The notes beneath the pieces were generated by a model. The model had not been told where the DNA came from. It did not search any database and worked only from the letters and a program-made list of their open reading frames with translations. The position numbers and the translations under genes were made by a program. From the NCBI GenBank assembly GCA_963422375.2, contig OY729428.2, positions 1,856,001 through 1,920,000 on the forward strand: a stretch of DNA of 64,000 nucleotides, written 5' to 3'. Positions within the stretch are counted from its first letter, which is position 1; each line of letters opens with the position of its first letter. Below are positions 21,048-31,036 of this stretch, piece after piece. This DNA is from Bryobacterales bacterium (GTDB lineage: Bacteria; Acidobacteriota; Terriglobia; Bryobacterales; UBA6623).

Positions 21048-23306
21048 TCAATAGTCCAGCAGGTAATTGAACTTGACGAAGAAAGCCTGCGTTTCGAGCC
21101 GTCGCTCGACACTGTGAGGATCGAAGTAATCGCGCATCAGCATCCCCGTGTTATATACCACGAACAGGCCCGTGCTGGAAGTCGAGAGCAGGCCGAGGCG
21201 GATGTTGTGGGAGATCTGGTTCGTGCGGTTGCTGTACTGGCTGAGTGTTTGGAAATAGCTCTTCGGCGTGATTGACCAGTTGAACCGCAGGCTCGCCAAG
21301 TCCGTGTGGAACTCGCCCGTCGGCAGGTCGATGTTATTGCGCGCCCAGGTGAGCGTCCAGGTCAGGTTCTGTCCCTTGCGGACTCCACCGGTGAAACTGA
21401 ATGCCTTGATGCTGCCCGAGTAGAAGTCCCCGAGGGCGAACGTCCCTCCGCCGAACAGGGTGGCGCTCGGGTCGCTCTGGAAGTTGGCGATGCTCTCCCC
21501 GAACTGGTACGCCCCGACGGGAATCCTGACGCCGGGAAACACGCCGAACGGCACGCGCAGCCTTTCGAAGTTGCGGTTGTAGGCCAAGCCCAGCCGACCG
21601 CCGTTCTGCAGGCGGGAGTCGAGATGGTAGTGCTCGAAGCCCGACTCCTTCTCGTTCGAGCCGAGGGTGTACCAGTTCTGGAAGAACGCATGGGGCTCGA
21701 TCGTGCGCCAGGCCCCGTTCTGCGGGTAGTAGGTGTAGCGGTACGAAGCGCTCGGCTTGCGGAACTTCACGCGGCGCACGAAGCCGACTTCCGGATTGAA
21801 GTTCTCGCCGACCTCGAGGTAGCTGACGCTGACTCGGTGCGTGGCGTCGTCGTAGTCGAACCGGCTCGAGTATGCATGGGCGTCGCCGTCGAGACCGGGC
21901 GTCTGCGTGGCCGCCGCGTAGCTGAACCAGTTGCCGAACTTCCCGATGCCTATGTTGGCGTCGGCGCCGAACGTGCGGTTGTACTCCCTTGCGCCCTCGG
22001 ACTCTCCCGCAGTCTGCCTGCTGACGCCGATCAGGCCGATCGAGCTACGGTTCGGCAGCTCGCGGCTCACGCGCCCGACGGCGTAGTTGTTCGCCGGCGT
22101 CCGCCCCTCCACGTGTCGCGTCTGCATGTTGAGGACGCCGACCTGGTACTTTCCGACCTTGCCGCTCATGCGCGCCCCGGCGTCGATCGGCACTTCCCGC
22201 CTGTGCTCGTCGAGTCCGATCCGTCGCGAGAAGAAGATCTCGACCTCTCGCGGTGACCCGAATTCGAAAAAGCCCGAGTTTTCGAGGAAGAACGGCCGCT
22301 TCTCCGGGAAGAACAGGTCGAAGCGCGTCAGGTTGATCTGCACGTCGTCGACCTCGACTTGCGCGAAGTCGGTATTGACCGTACCGTCGAGGGTCAGTCC
22401 CGGCGTGAGGCTGTACTTGATGTCCAGACCGCCGTTGATCTTGCGATTGACGCGGTCCTCGTCCAGGCGGAAGTCTTGTGACACGCCGCCGATCACGTAC
22501 GGCAGCAGCTTCAGGTTACGGTGCGGCCTCGCCTCGATGCCGCGAAGCTGGCCCGCGATCTCGATCTGCGTGAACTCGAAGGCGCGCGAAACGGGAGACC
22601 AGAACGACAGCTCGTTGCGCCGTCGCAGGTTGCGCGAAATGTTCAGCCCCCAGGTCTGGTCCGGACCGGGCTTGTAGCGGAGGGTGCGGAACGGGATGAC
22701 GATCTCGCTCTCCCACCCGCGCTCGGTGACCTGCGAGCGCACCCGCCACACCGCGTCCCAGTTGAGATTGAACGCGGCCGCTCCGGCGCGCTGCGCCCCG
22801 CCGCCGCCCGCGCCGCCGGCCCGGGCCGGTCCTCCCCCGGACCCGCGCGTCTGGCCGGCCTTGGTCACTTGGGCGTCGAACTCGATGCCGGTCGGGCTGG
22901 TCCCGAAGACGAAGGCGCTCTGCCCGTCGTTGTAGGTGTCGATGAGCAGCTGGATCGAGTCCGTGTCGTCTAGGCTGCCGTCGCGGCGGTTCTGGGTGAC
23001 GACAATGTTCTCCCGCTGGCGGTCGTAGCAGATGATTCCGAAGTACAGGTTGGAGTCGTCGAAGGCGACGCGCACCTCGGTGCGCTCGGTAGCCGGCTTG
23101 CCCTCGTCCGGGTTCTGCTGCACGAAATCGCTGGCTGGCTCGATGCTCTCCCAGAGCGGGTCGTTCACGAGCCCGTCGAAAGTCGGGGCTGCTGCGACGC
23201 GCACTGCGAGCGCCTCCGGCAGGCCCTCCGTGGCCCGCTGGCCCGAGGCGGCGCCCAGGAGACCGAAATGGGCCGCCAGCAGCAGGGAGGCACTGCGCGA
23301 GTTCAT
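21048..23306 (-). CDS. CBM9-like/DUF5916 outer-membrane protein
   Basis: Signal peptide; FVQQNPDEG…TERTEVR, NTDFAQVEVD…NLTRFDLFFPEKRPFFLE, FFSRRIG; C-terminal beta-barrel-like FFVKFNYLLDY. Confidence 0.85.
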   Translation of the reverse strand: MNSRSASLLLAAHFGLLGAASGQRATEGLPEALAVRVAAAPTFDGLVNDPLWESIEPASDFVQQNPDEGKPATERTEVRVAFDDSNLYFGIICYDRQRENIVVTQNRRDGSLDDTDSIQLLIDTYNDGQSAFVFGTSPTGIEFDAQVTKAGQTRGSGGGPARAGGAGGGGAQRAGAAAFNLNWDAVWRVRSQVTERGWESEIVIPFRTLRYKPGPDQTWGLNISRNLRRRNELSFWSPVSRAFEFTQIEIAGQLRGIEARPHRNLKLLPYVIGGVSQDFRLDEDRVNRKINGGLDIKYSLTPGLTLDGTVNTDFAQVEVDDVQINLTRFDLFFPEKRPFFLENSGFFEFGSPREVEIFFSRRIGLDEHRREVPIDAGARMSGKVGKYQVGVLNMQTRHVEGRTPANNYAVGRVSRELPNRSSIGLIGVSRQTAGESEGAREYNRTFGADANIGIGKFGNWFSYAAATQTPGLDGDAHAYSSRFDYDDATHRVSVSYLEVGENFNPEVGFVRRVKFRKPSASYRYTYYPQNGAWRTIEPHAFFQNWYTLGSNEKESGFEHYHLDSRLQNGGRLGLAYNRNFERLRVPFGVFPGVRIPVGAYQFGESIANFQSDPSATLFGGGTFALGDFYSGSIKAFSFTGGVRKGQNLTWTLTWARNNIDLPTGEFHTDLASLRFNWSITPKSYFQTLSQYSNRTNQISHNIRLGLLSTSSTGLFVVYNTGMLMRDYFDPHSVERRLETQAFFVKFNYLLDY

Positions 23307-23469
23307 CCGTTGGAATGACTTTCCGCCAAGGAACGCGGATTCGGGACAGGGCAGCGACGCGGGGAGCGCCGACGATTGCACCATCGTTGCACACGCCTGC
23401 AGGCCGTCCGGCCCCGCGCGTGCGGGCATCCGCTACCCAGCGCCGCGTCCCGGGTAGGCCGGCCAGCCG

Positions 23470-25014
23470 TCAGTAGGGGCGGATCCGTTCCGGCAGCGGG
23501 TCGCGCGCCTGGATGATTTTCCTGATCAGCCTGACCCGCATGCTGTCCAGCAGATCCCTGTGAGAGGCGGACTGGGCCACGTTGCGCAGCTCGTGAGGGT
23601 CCGAAGCATAGTCGAAGAGGACCTCTTCACCGTGGCCGTCAATCCAGTACTTGGCGCCCTTCGTGCGGACCATTCGATGGTTCGTCCCCTGCATGTAAAT
23701 CAGCTCCCGGCCGGGCTTGCCGGCCAGCACGGGCACGAGCGACCTGCCCTGATTCCCCTCGGGGACCGGCAGCTCCAGCAAGTCGAGAAGGGTGGGCATG
23801 ACGTCGACTATCTCGACCAACTCGTCAGTGGCGACGCCCTCGGGCACCCCCGGTCCCCGCATCAGGAGCGGGATGCGGAGCGCCCCGTCGTAGGGCCGCC
23901 CGCTCTTGCTCGTCAGGTTGTGGTCGCCGAGGTAGTCTCCGTGGTCGCTGGTGGCTACGAACAGGGTCCGGTCGGTGATGCCGGCCCGTTCGGCGGCCTC
24001 CATGATGCGGCCGATGTTGTGGTCGAGGTGGGTCACCATCGCGTAGAAGTGGCGGCGATAGCTGTCCCAGGTGTCTTCCGGGGTCTCCAGCAGGGCCGTC
24101 ATCGTCCCGGCCAGCCTTCGCGGGAGGCGGGAAATCTCGCCCGGGGAGTGCCTCCGGGGAGGGAGCGGTCGACCGTGATACGGCTCCAGAGCCGAGGCCG
24201 GCGGGTTCAGCGGGGGGTGCGGGGCGTAGAAGCCGGCGTGGACGAAGAAGGGGCGGCCCGGATGGCGCGCCAGCGCGTCCTCGATGAAGGTGACCGTCTC
24301 CGTGGCGACCCAGGAAGAGTGCGTGGTGCTGTCTTCGCCCTCGAACACGTAGTGCTCTAGCCGCGGACGCTCGCCGGGCATGTTGACTCGGGCCTTCTCC
24401 CGCGCGTCCCTGCCCTGCGCCCAGAGCCATCGGCCGTAGGCGTCTTCGTACGGTCCGGGCTCGTCCGAGAGCCGCATCTGGTGGAACCCGTAGGGCGGAT
24501 GGGGCTCGCGGTGGTTCCGGTCCTTGTGGGGCCAGAAGTGCAGCTTGCCCATCTGGCCGGTGTAATAGCCGGCGTCCCGAAGGACGTGTGTCAGCGTCAC
24601 TTCGTCCCGAGGCATCTTGATTCCGTTGCTGATCACTCCGTGCGCATGCGGATAGCGGCCGGTCATCAGCGAGGCGCGGTTCGGTGCGCACGCGACCCCG
24701 ACCGTGAAACTGGCCCGGAACGTCGTGCCCTCCCGCGCCAGCCGGTCCATACTGGGCGTGATGATCGCGGCGTTGCCGTTCGCGGCGATGTGATCCCACC
24801 GCAGGTGGTCGCCGGTGATGAGCACGATGTTGGGCGACTCGCTCATCTTCCTGCCTGATTCGGGCGGGAAGAACTCGGCCTGGGCGGCAGCCGCTGGTGA
24901 ACACAGCAGCGCGGCGGCCGTTGCGAGCGAGGTGAGCAGCGCCAGCCGGCGATCCGACCGGCTCTTGGAGGGCGTGCGCGTCGGGTCGCAAGGACCCTGG
25001 ATGGCAGCTGGCAT
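23470..25014 (-). CDS. Sulfatase (arylsulfatase/choline-sulfatase-like)
   Basis: PNIVLITGD, formylglycine motif CAPNRASLMTGRY, GKLH, TSDHG; start uncertain. Confidence 0.9.
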   Translation of the reverse strand: MPAAIQGPCDPTRTPSKSRSDRRLALLTSLATAAALLCSPAAAAQAEFFPPESGRKMSESPNIVLITGDHLRWDHIAANGNAAIITPSMDRLAREGTTFRASFTVGVACAPNRASLMTGRYPHAHGVISNGIKMPRDEVTLTHVLRDAGYYTGQMGKLHFWPHKDRNHREPHPPYGFHQMRLSDEPGPYEDAYGRWLWAQGRDAREKARVNMPGERPRLEHYVFEGEDSTTHSSWVATETVTFIEDALARHPGRPFFVHAGFYAPHPPLNPPASALEPYHGRPLPPRRHSPGEISRLPRRLAGTMTALLETPEDTWDSYRRHFYAMVTHLDHNIGRIMEAAERAGITDRTLFVATSDHGDYLGDHNLTSKSGRPYDGALRIPLLMRGPGVPEGVATDELVEIVDVMPTLLDLLELPVPEGNQGRSLVPVLAGKPGRELIYMQGTNHRMVRTKGAKYWIDGHGEEVLFDYASDPHELRNVAQSASHRDLLDSMRVRLIRKIIQARDPLPERIRPY

Positions 25015-25224
25015 CGCGGATATGGTATCCGAGCAGGTGCCGGAGCCGCTGCGAGGTCGGTCCCTGCCGCGAGCGCCTCGCACGGGCGTTGTAGCGGGGC
25101 TCGGAGCGAAGTCGGGTTGAATGGTGGGGCAGGCCTTGCGGCCGTTGATCGGGATTCCTGCCGCTGCGAAGCGCTCCCGGCGACCTGATTGAGAGCACCC
25201 CCGCACCTGCGTGCATAGCGCGAG

Positions 25225-26112
25225 TTGTCCGTGCAGTCCCTCTCCAACCCTCTCGATGCCCGGCTCGGCTCGCCCGCGCCGATCCGGCTGGAGGACCGTC
25301 CTCCCCGTCTTTCCGAGCTCGACATGAGAAGCCGCGTCCGCTCGAATGAGTCCGAGCTCGACATGAGAAGCCGCGTCCGCTCGAATGAGTACGACCGGGA
25401 ACTCCGTCGGCTGCAGGCGCTGCTCAAGGAGGCGGCTCTCTCCTACTTCGCGCAGGGGCTCCGAGCCGTCGTCGTTTTCGAAGGCAGCCACTCTGCGGGC
25501 AAGAGCGGCGTCATTCGTCGAATGAGCTGGCCCCTTGATCCTCGGATCCTGAAAGTCTGGCCGATCGCGGCGCCGACGGAAGTCGAGAAGGGCCAGCACT
25601 ACCTCGATCGCTTCTGGCGGAGGCTGCCCCGACCGGGCCAGGTGGTCATATTCGACCGCTCGTGGTACGGGAGAGTCCTCGTCGAGCGCGTCCAGGAGTT
25701 CGCGACACAAGCAGAATGGCGCCGTTCCTATTGCGAGATCAACGAATTCGAGCGGATGCTCTCCGTCGACGGAATCTGCTTGGTGAAGATCTACCTCCAC
25801 ATCACGCCGGACGAACAGATGGCACGCTTCCGGTCGCGTTTTCGGGATCCGCTGAAGCGCTGGAAGCTTACCAGGGAGGACCTCCGCGACCGCGACCGGT
25901 GGTCCGACTACGACGAGGCGGCCGACGACATGTTCCGCCTGACCTCGACGGTCGCCAACCCCTGGATCGTGATTCCGTCCAACGATAAGCGCTATTCGAG
26001 GCTCGCGGCGATCGACGCGGTCGTGCGGTGCATGGCCGAGGGCAGGGAACTGGCGCCGCCCGGCATCGACCCGGCCTTTGAGGAGGAGCTGCGCGCGACG
26101 CTCGCGCTATAG
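25225..26112 (+). CDS. ppk2: Polyphosphate kinase 2 family protein
   Basis: VFEGSHSAGKSG (Walker A variant), FDRSWYGRVLVERV, DPLKRWK, NDKRYSR; start uncertain. Confidence 0.88.
   Translation: MSVQSLSNPLDARLGSPAPIRLEDRPPRLSELDMRSRVRSNESELDMRSRVRSNEYDRELRRLQALLKEAALSYFAQGLRAVVVFEGSHSAGKSGVIRRMSWPLDPRILKVWPIAAPTEVEKGQHYLDRFWRRLPRPGQVVIFDRSWYGRVLVERVQEFATQAEWRRSYCEINEFERMLSVDGICLVKIYLHITPDEQMARFRSRFRDPLKRWKLTREDLRDRDRWSDYDEAADDMFRLTSTVANPWIVIPSNDKRYSRLAAIDAVVRCMAEGRELAPPGIDPAFEEELRATLAL
25312..25389 (+). repeat. Perfect 39-bp tandem duplication inside ppk2 (SELDMRSRVRSNE x2)
   Basis: TCCGAGCTCGACATGAGAAGCCGCGTCCGCTCGAATGAG at 25312-25350 and 25351-25389. Confidence 0.95.
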
Positions 26113-27331
26113 CCATCGCGACTGACGTCCGGCCATCGTGCGGGCCGTTGCGAGCCGCGCGGGCCTTCGCCGCAGACACCAGACTTCCCGAGGTCGAGGG
26201 GCGGAGCGAGCCCAGGCCCTGCCGGGCGTCCTCACGGAGCGTGAAGAGTCTTCTCCGAGGGCTCGCGCGATCCAATCTACATCTTGTGGTTCTCTGCAAC
26301 ACGTACCTATATGGAAGACAGGACTCTGAAATCACGTGTGACGCACTGGCCAATTTCACAAGTTGTGTCCGGGGTCGGCGGAATGTCACCCGTCTCATCT
26401 GACCTGTCGCGGATTCGGGGCGGATGCAACTTGCTGGAGCCCTCGTCCCAGCCGTCGAACCGTCGCTGCCGCACCGAGAGTCCGTGCCGGGGCTGTCGGG
26501 CCCACTCGCGGCAGGCGCGATTCTCCCGGTCCGCGGGAGCCGTCCCATCTTGCGACAGCGCTAGTGAGACGACCACGGCATGTCTGAGACACCGGGTTCC
26601 TTAGGGAATGGCGCCCCGGCCCGGAAGTTGTACTCGCGGGCCGGATGCGACGAGATTACAGCTGATGCTGTCTTCAAGACACAGCCCGCGATAGGCCGCG
26701 TCCGAGCGTCAAGGGTGGCCGTGCCTCGATTGTGCGGGCTCGGCAAACGCTCCTCGGGCTCGAGCCAGGGAGACCGTGCTAGGCAAGCCGGGCCGTCTGC
26801 TTCGAGAGCGCCATGGCCGCGACGACCAGCGGCGGGGGCGACGGCTGCCGTTCAAGCCCGTCGCGGGCCCGGTCGGCATGCACCTTGCGCACGGCGAAAC
26901 GGTGCGGTAACCGCATGGAAGGCCGAGCCATTGCGTGGTTCACATCCAACCCCTCGGCAGGGAGTGCTCCGCCGCAATTGCGAGCGCAACCGATGCCGCG
27001 GGTCGGCCTTGGACGGGTAGGCTTGCTCTTGCTCTTGGATCGGTCCGAAGGCGCGCGATGCGAAGGCTCGCCGGTCGCTGGCCGGGTAGGCGCAGTTCGT
27101 CCCTTCCTAGGATGCGGAGGGCGTCTTACCTTCCGGTCTTGCCGACGGACTCCGAGGGCCTGTGACCCGGCCGCGACCGTGGGTTGGGCTCGCGCTCGCG
27201 AGTCGCCCCAGCCCGCGGTCCCACGGCCCTTGCCAACGCCTAGCCGGAATGCGGCAGGGGACGCTCGCGTACCATTGCGGTGTAATGCGCCACCGTCGGC
27301 GGGCGCGGGCGCTAGCTCAATGGGAGGAGCA

Positions 27332-29146
27332 GTGAGAGACTTGAACGCCGTGTTTCGCCGGCACTTCGCCGGGATTGCGCTCTCGGCCTTGGCTGCGGGC
27401 ACCGCGGGCGCGGGCCGGGCGCAGGAATTCCCGACCACGCCCCCTCCCCGCAACGACATAGAGGTCCGGAACCGAGTCCCCGTCCCGATGCGCGACGGAG
27501 TGACTCTGTACGCCGACCTCTACCGCCCCGTCGGAGACGGCCAGCACCCGGTCATCGTCTCGCGCACTCCGTACTCCACGGAGCGGAGTCCGAGCGCCTA
27601 CGCCTCGGCCGTCTATTTCTCCCGCCGGGGCTACGCCTACCTGTTTCAGGACGTGCGCGGGCGGCACGAGTCGGAGGGCCGCTGGGAGCCCTTCCGCGAC
27701 GATCTTGAGGACGGATACGACACTGTCGAGTGGGCGGCTGTCCAGCCTTGGTCGAACGGCAAGGTTGCCATGGAAGGAGGCTCCTACCTAGGCCACGTGC
27801 AATGGCGGGCCGCGCAGGCGATGCCTCCGCACTTGGTGGCAATCTTCCCCCGGGTCGCCTCGACCAGCATTTACCACGATTGGATCACGGTCAACGGCGG
27901 TTGGAGGCTGGCGTTCAATTTCGGCTGGGGGCCCGTCCGCCAGGAGTCACGAATTATGCAGAACACCGGGCCGCACACGATGGATGGCGGTCCGGAGGGG
28001 ATCAGCTATGACCAGGTCGTCTGGCACCTTCCGCTGAGGGAGATGCAGGCCTTGGTCGGCCGGAACGCCCAGTTCTACAGCGACTGGCTGGCGCATCCGG
28101 AATACGACGACTACTGGCGTCCGCTCAACGTCGAGGAGCACTTCGACCGGATCCAAGTTCCCGTCCACACGATGGGGGGATTCTTCGACATCTTCGCCCA
28201 GGGAACCCTGCGCGGGTACACGGGAGTGAGCATGCAGGGAGCCACCGCGGAGGCGCGGGACGGGAGTCACATGGTCATCGGGCCGTGGGAGCACGGCGTG
28301 TCCCGCAGGGTGGGCGACATGGACTGGGGCGAGGCAGCGGAAGTGGACACCAATGCGCTGGCGCTGCGCTGGTTCGACTACTGGCTCAAGGGCATCGACA
28401 ACGGGCTGCTCGACGAGCCCCCGGTCAAGATCTTCGTGATGGGACGCAACGAGTGGCGCTTCGAAAACGAATACCCCCTAGCCCGCACGGCCTACACCCC
28501 CCTGTACCTGCATAGCGGAGGCAGGGCGAACGGTTCTCGGGGCGACGGTCGGCTGTCGTGGAAGAAGCCGGCAGCGGACTCGCCCCCTGACCGTTACCGC
28601 TACGACCCCGCCAGCCCCGTCCCTAGCTTGGGCGGCGCGAACTGCTGCGGCGTCGGCACGCCGTCGGGCGCGAGGGACCAGAGGCCCATCGAGCATCGCG
28701 CGGACGTACTGGTTTACACGAGCGAGGTCCTTTCCGATCCGGTCGAGGTGGTCGGGCCCGTCAAACTGATTCTGCACGCGTCGTCGAGCGCGGCCGACAC
28801 TGACTTCGTGGCGAAGCTAGTCGACGTGTACCCGGACGGCCGCTCGATCAACGTGGCGGAAGGCATCCTTCGCGCCCGCCATCGCGAGGGCGTGGACAGG
28901 CAGGTGCTCCTGGATCCCGGGACCGCGTATGAAATGGAGATCGACCTAATCGGAACGGCGAACCTGTTCCAGGTAGGGCATCGCATCCGCGTGCATGTCA
29001 CGAGCAGCCATTTCCCGCAGTTCGCCCGGAACCTGAACAACGGCGAGCCGTACGGCACCGGCGTCGCGTCGGTCGTCGCCGAGCAGACGCTCTATCACAC
29101 CTCGGACCGGCCGTCGCATGTTCTGCTGGCCGTAATCAGGCAGTGA
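27332..29146 (+). CDS. CocE/NonD family hydrolase (exported)
   Basis: GGAGGA RBS before GTG; VPMRDGVTL, RTPY, DVRGRHESEG, nucleophile GGSYLG, GPWEH, SSHFP. Confidence 0.92.
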   Translation: MRDLNAVFRRHFAGIALSALAAGTAGAGRAQEFPTTPPPRNDIEVRNRVPVPMRDGVTLYADLYRPVGDGQHPVIVSRTPYSTERSPSAYASAVYFSRRGYAYLFQDVRGRHESEGRWEPFRDDLEDGYDTVEWAAVQPWSNGKVAMEGGSYLGHVQWRAAQAMPPHLVAIFPRVASTSIYHDWITVNGGWRLAFNFGWGPVRQESRIMQNTGPHTMDGGPEGISYDQVVWHLPLREMQALVGRNAQFYSDWLAHPEYDDYWRPLNVEEHFDRIQVPVHTMGGFFDIFAQGTLRGYTGVSMQGATAEARDGSHMVIGPWEHGVSRRVGDMDWGEAAEVDTNALALRWFDYWLKGIDNGLLDEPPVKIFVMGRNEWRFENEYPLARTAYTPLYLHSGGRANGSRGDGRLSWKKPAADSPPDRYRYDPASPVPSLGGANCCGVGTPSGARDQRPIEHRADVLVYTSEVLSDPVEVVGPVKLILHASSSAADTDFVAKLVDVYPDGRSINVAEGILRARHREGVDRQVLLDPGTAYEMEIDLIGTANLFQVGHRIRVHVTSSHFPQFARNLNNGEPYGTGVASVVAEQTLYHTSDRPSHVLLAVIRQ

Positions 29147-29270
29147 CGCCGGCCCTGATGCGCCGACGTCGCCCTTCCGCGCCCATGCCCGACGCCGGCA
29201 CACGGCGGAGAGTCGCCGTGCCGTGCGCGCGGCCAGGCTGGAATTGTGGTCTGCATGAACATCTTGCGTT

Positions 29271-29639
29271 GGGAATTATATATCTGAGTGCCGACAACGC
29301 CATATCCGACTAGAACTGCTGTGAGCAGGGAGGTGGGTGTCGAGCTGGGGTCATGCGAGTGCGGCCGCGGCGGGCACAGAGGGGAGGGGTGTGGGATCGT
29401 ATCTGAATCGAGCCTGCCAGCGGATTGGACGAGGAAGGGACTAGAGAGGCCGCCTCGCCTGCCCCGGTTGCCCCGGTGGAACCCGGTTGGCGGTGGCAGG
29501 GCACCCCTTGCAAGCCGCTTGCAGGCCCTGCGAGGGCCGAAGACAGCGGATCCCCGGCGCTCGACGGCCTGCATGGACGGTCCGGGCCGGACCGGGGTCG
29601 CGCCGGGGGATTCCCTCGGCACTCAGATATATAATTCCC
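29271..29639. mobile_element. Non-autonomous (MITE-like) derivative of the GGGAATTAT-ended IS1595 element, 369 bp
   Basis: Both 24-bp IRs present; interior matches the non-coding 3' region of the copies at 12185 and 31450; transposase entirely deleted. Confidence 0.92.
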
Positions 29640-30102
29640 ATTCGATGAGGGCGAACGGTTGAATGCCCCGAGCGGCGCTCCAGCGGGCACGCTTGCTCCC
29701 AGTCTTGCGGGACGAAGGGAGGTCCCGATGCCGATGACGTAGTTCCTGGTCACGGACCAGTCGGCAATTTCGGACTGCCGGTAGCTCGAACGTCGCGACC
29801 GTCCGAGGTGCCATCGACTCCCCCTATGTCCAGCATTCGCTCCCAGCTATCGACGGCAAACCGGGAGAAACACAACGGTCACTCGCGTGCATTTTGACTT
29901 CCACGTGAGCGGCTCGGTTCTCGCAGGGCCCTCGAATTCCTCGATCACCCGGTCGCAGTCGATGGAGCCGAAGTCACTCCTGTACATGGCCTCGACCTAA
30001 CGCATCCCCCAAGAGTAGGGAATTATATATCTGAGTGCCGAGGGAATCAAGTAGGCAAATTATCAAGCCATTATAAGATTTCATATTTCTTCCGAATTTC
30101 CG

Positions 30103-30132
30103 TTGACATTCTGTGGTGTTTCTTGGTAGAAT
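30103..30132 (+). promoter_or_regulatory. Sigma70-type transposase promoter TTGACA-18 bp-TAGAAT
   Basis: TTGACA at 30103-30108, TG-extended TAGAAT at 30127-30132, ATG at 30156. Confidence 0.7.
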
Positions 30133-30155
30133 AGTTCCAGTAGGGGATACCGTAA

Positions 30156-31036
30156 ATGAAGAAACAAGGTCCCGGAAAGTGGTTCCGTAAAGGCATCACA
30201 ATGATCGAAGTGATCGCCATGTTCCCCGATGACGAATCCGCGGAAAAGTGGTTCGCATCCATGCGCTGGCCGGACGGTCCTGCGTGCCCCCGCTGCCGCG
30301 GCTCCAGCGTGCAGTCCGACGCGGCCCACCCTTCGATGCCGTACCGTTGCCGCGGCTGCGGCAGGCGCTTTTCGGTGCGCACCGGCAGCGTGATGGCCGA
30401 CACCGAGCTCGGCTACCGCACCCGGGCCGTCGCCCTGTTCCTGCTGACCACCGGCATCAAGGGCGTCTCGAGCATGCAGCTGCACCGCGACCCGGGCATC
30501 AGCCAAAAGTCGGCCTGGCACCTGGCGCACCGCATCCGCGCGTGCCGGGAGCGGGATCGGGGCCTGTTCGCCGGCCCGGTGGAGGTGGACGAGACCTGCG
30601 TCGGCGGCAAGGAACGCAACCAGCACGAGAGGAAGAAGGCCCGCGCCACGAACGCAGTGCCCGCGCGGCCGCTGCCGGGCACCGCCAAGGGCGACCTGCA
30701 GGGCTTCGTGCGCGGCCGGGTCGCGCCGGGGGCGCAGGTCCGCTCCGACGAGGCGGCGGCCTGCGCCGGCATGGCGGAGTTCCCGCACGAAGCCGTCAAG
30801 CATTCCGGCGGCGAGTACGTGCGCGGGGCAGCGCATACGAACGGCATCGAGTCGTTTGGGTCCCTGTTCAAGCGCGGCCTGTACGGCACCTATCACCGGA
30901 TGAGCGTCCGTCATCTCGGCCGCTACCTCACGGAGTTCGCGGGACGGCGGAACGGATGCGGCGCATGGCGCGGGGCTTGGTCGGCCGGACGCTGACCTGC
31001 CGGCAGCTGACCGGCCAGGCCGCGGTCGCGGCCTGA
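30156..31036 (+). pseudogene. IS1595-family transposase with internal deletions
   Basis: 51-bp in-frame deletion (GRGPVGKTPVAGARDRA) and a frameshifting deletion near 30945 relative to the copy at 12599-13550. Confidence 0.88.

Noticed and set aside
23470..25800. 776-aa version of the sulfatase ORF
   Set aside because: The N-terminal extension is the antisense shadow of ppk2
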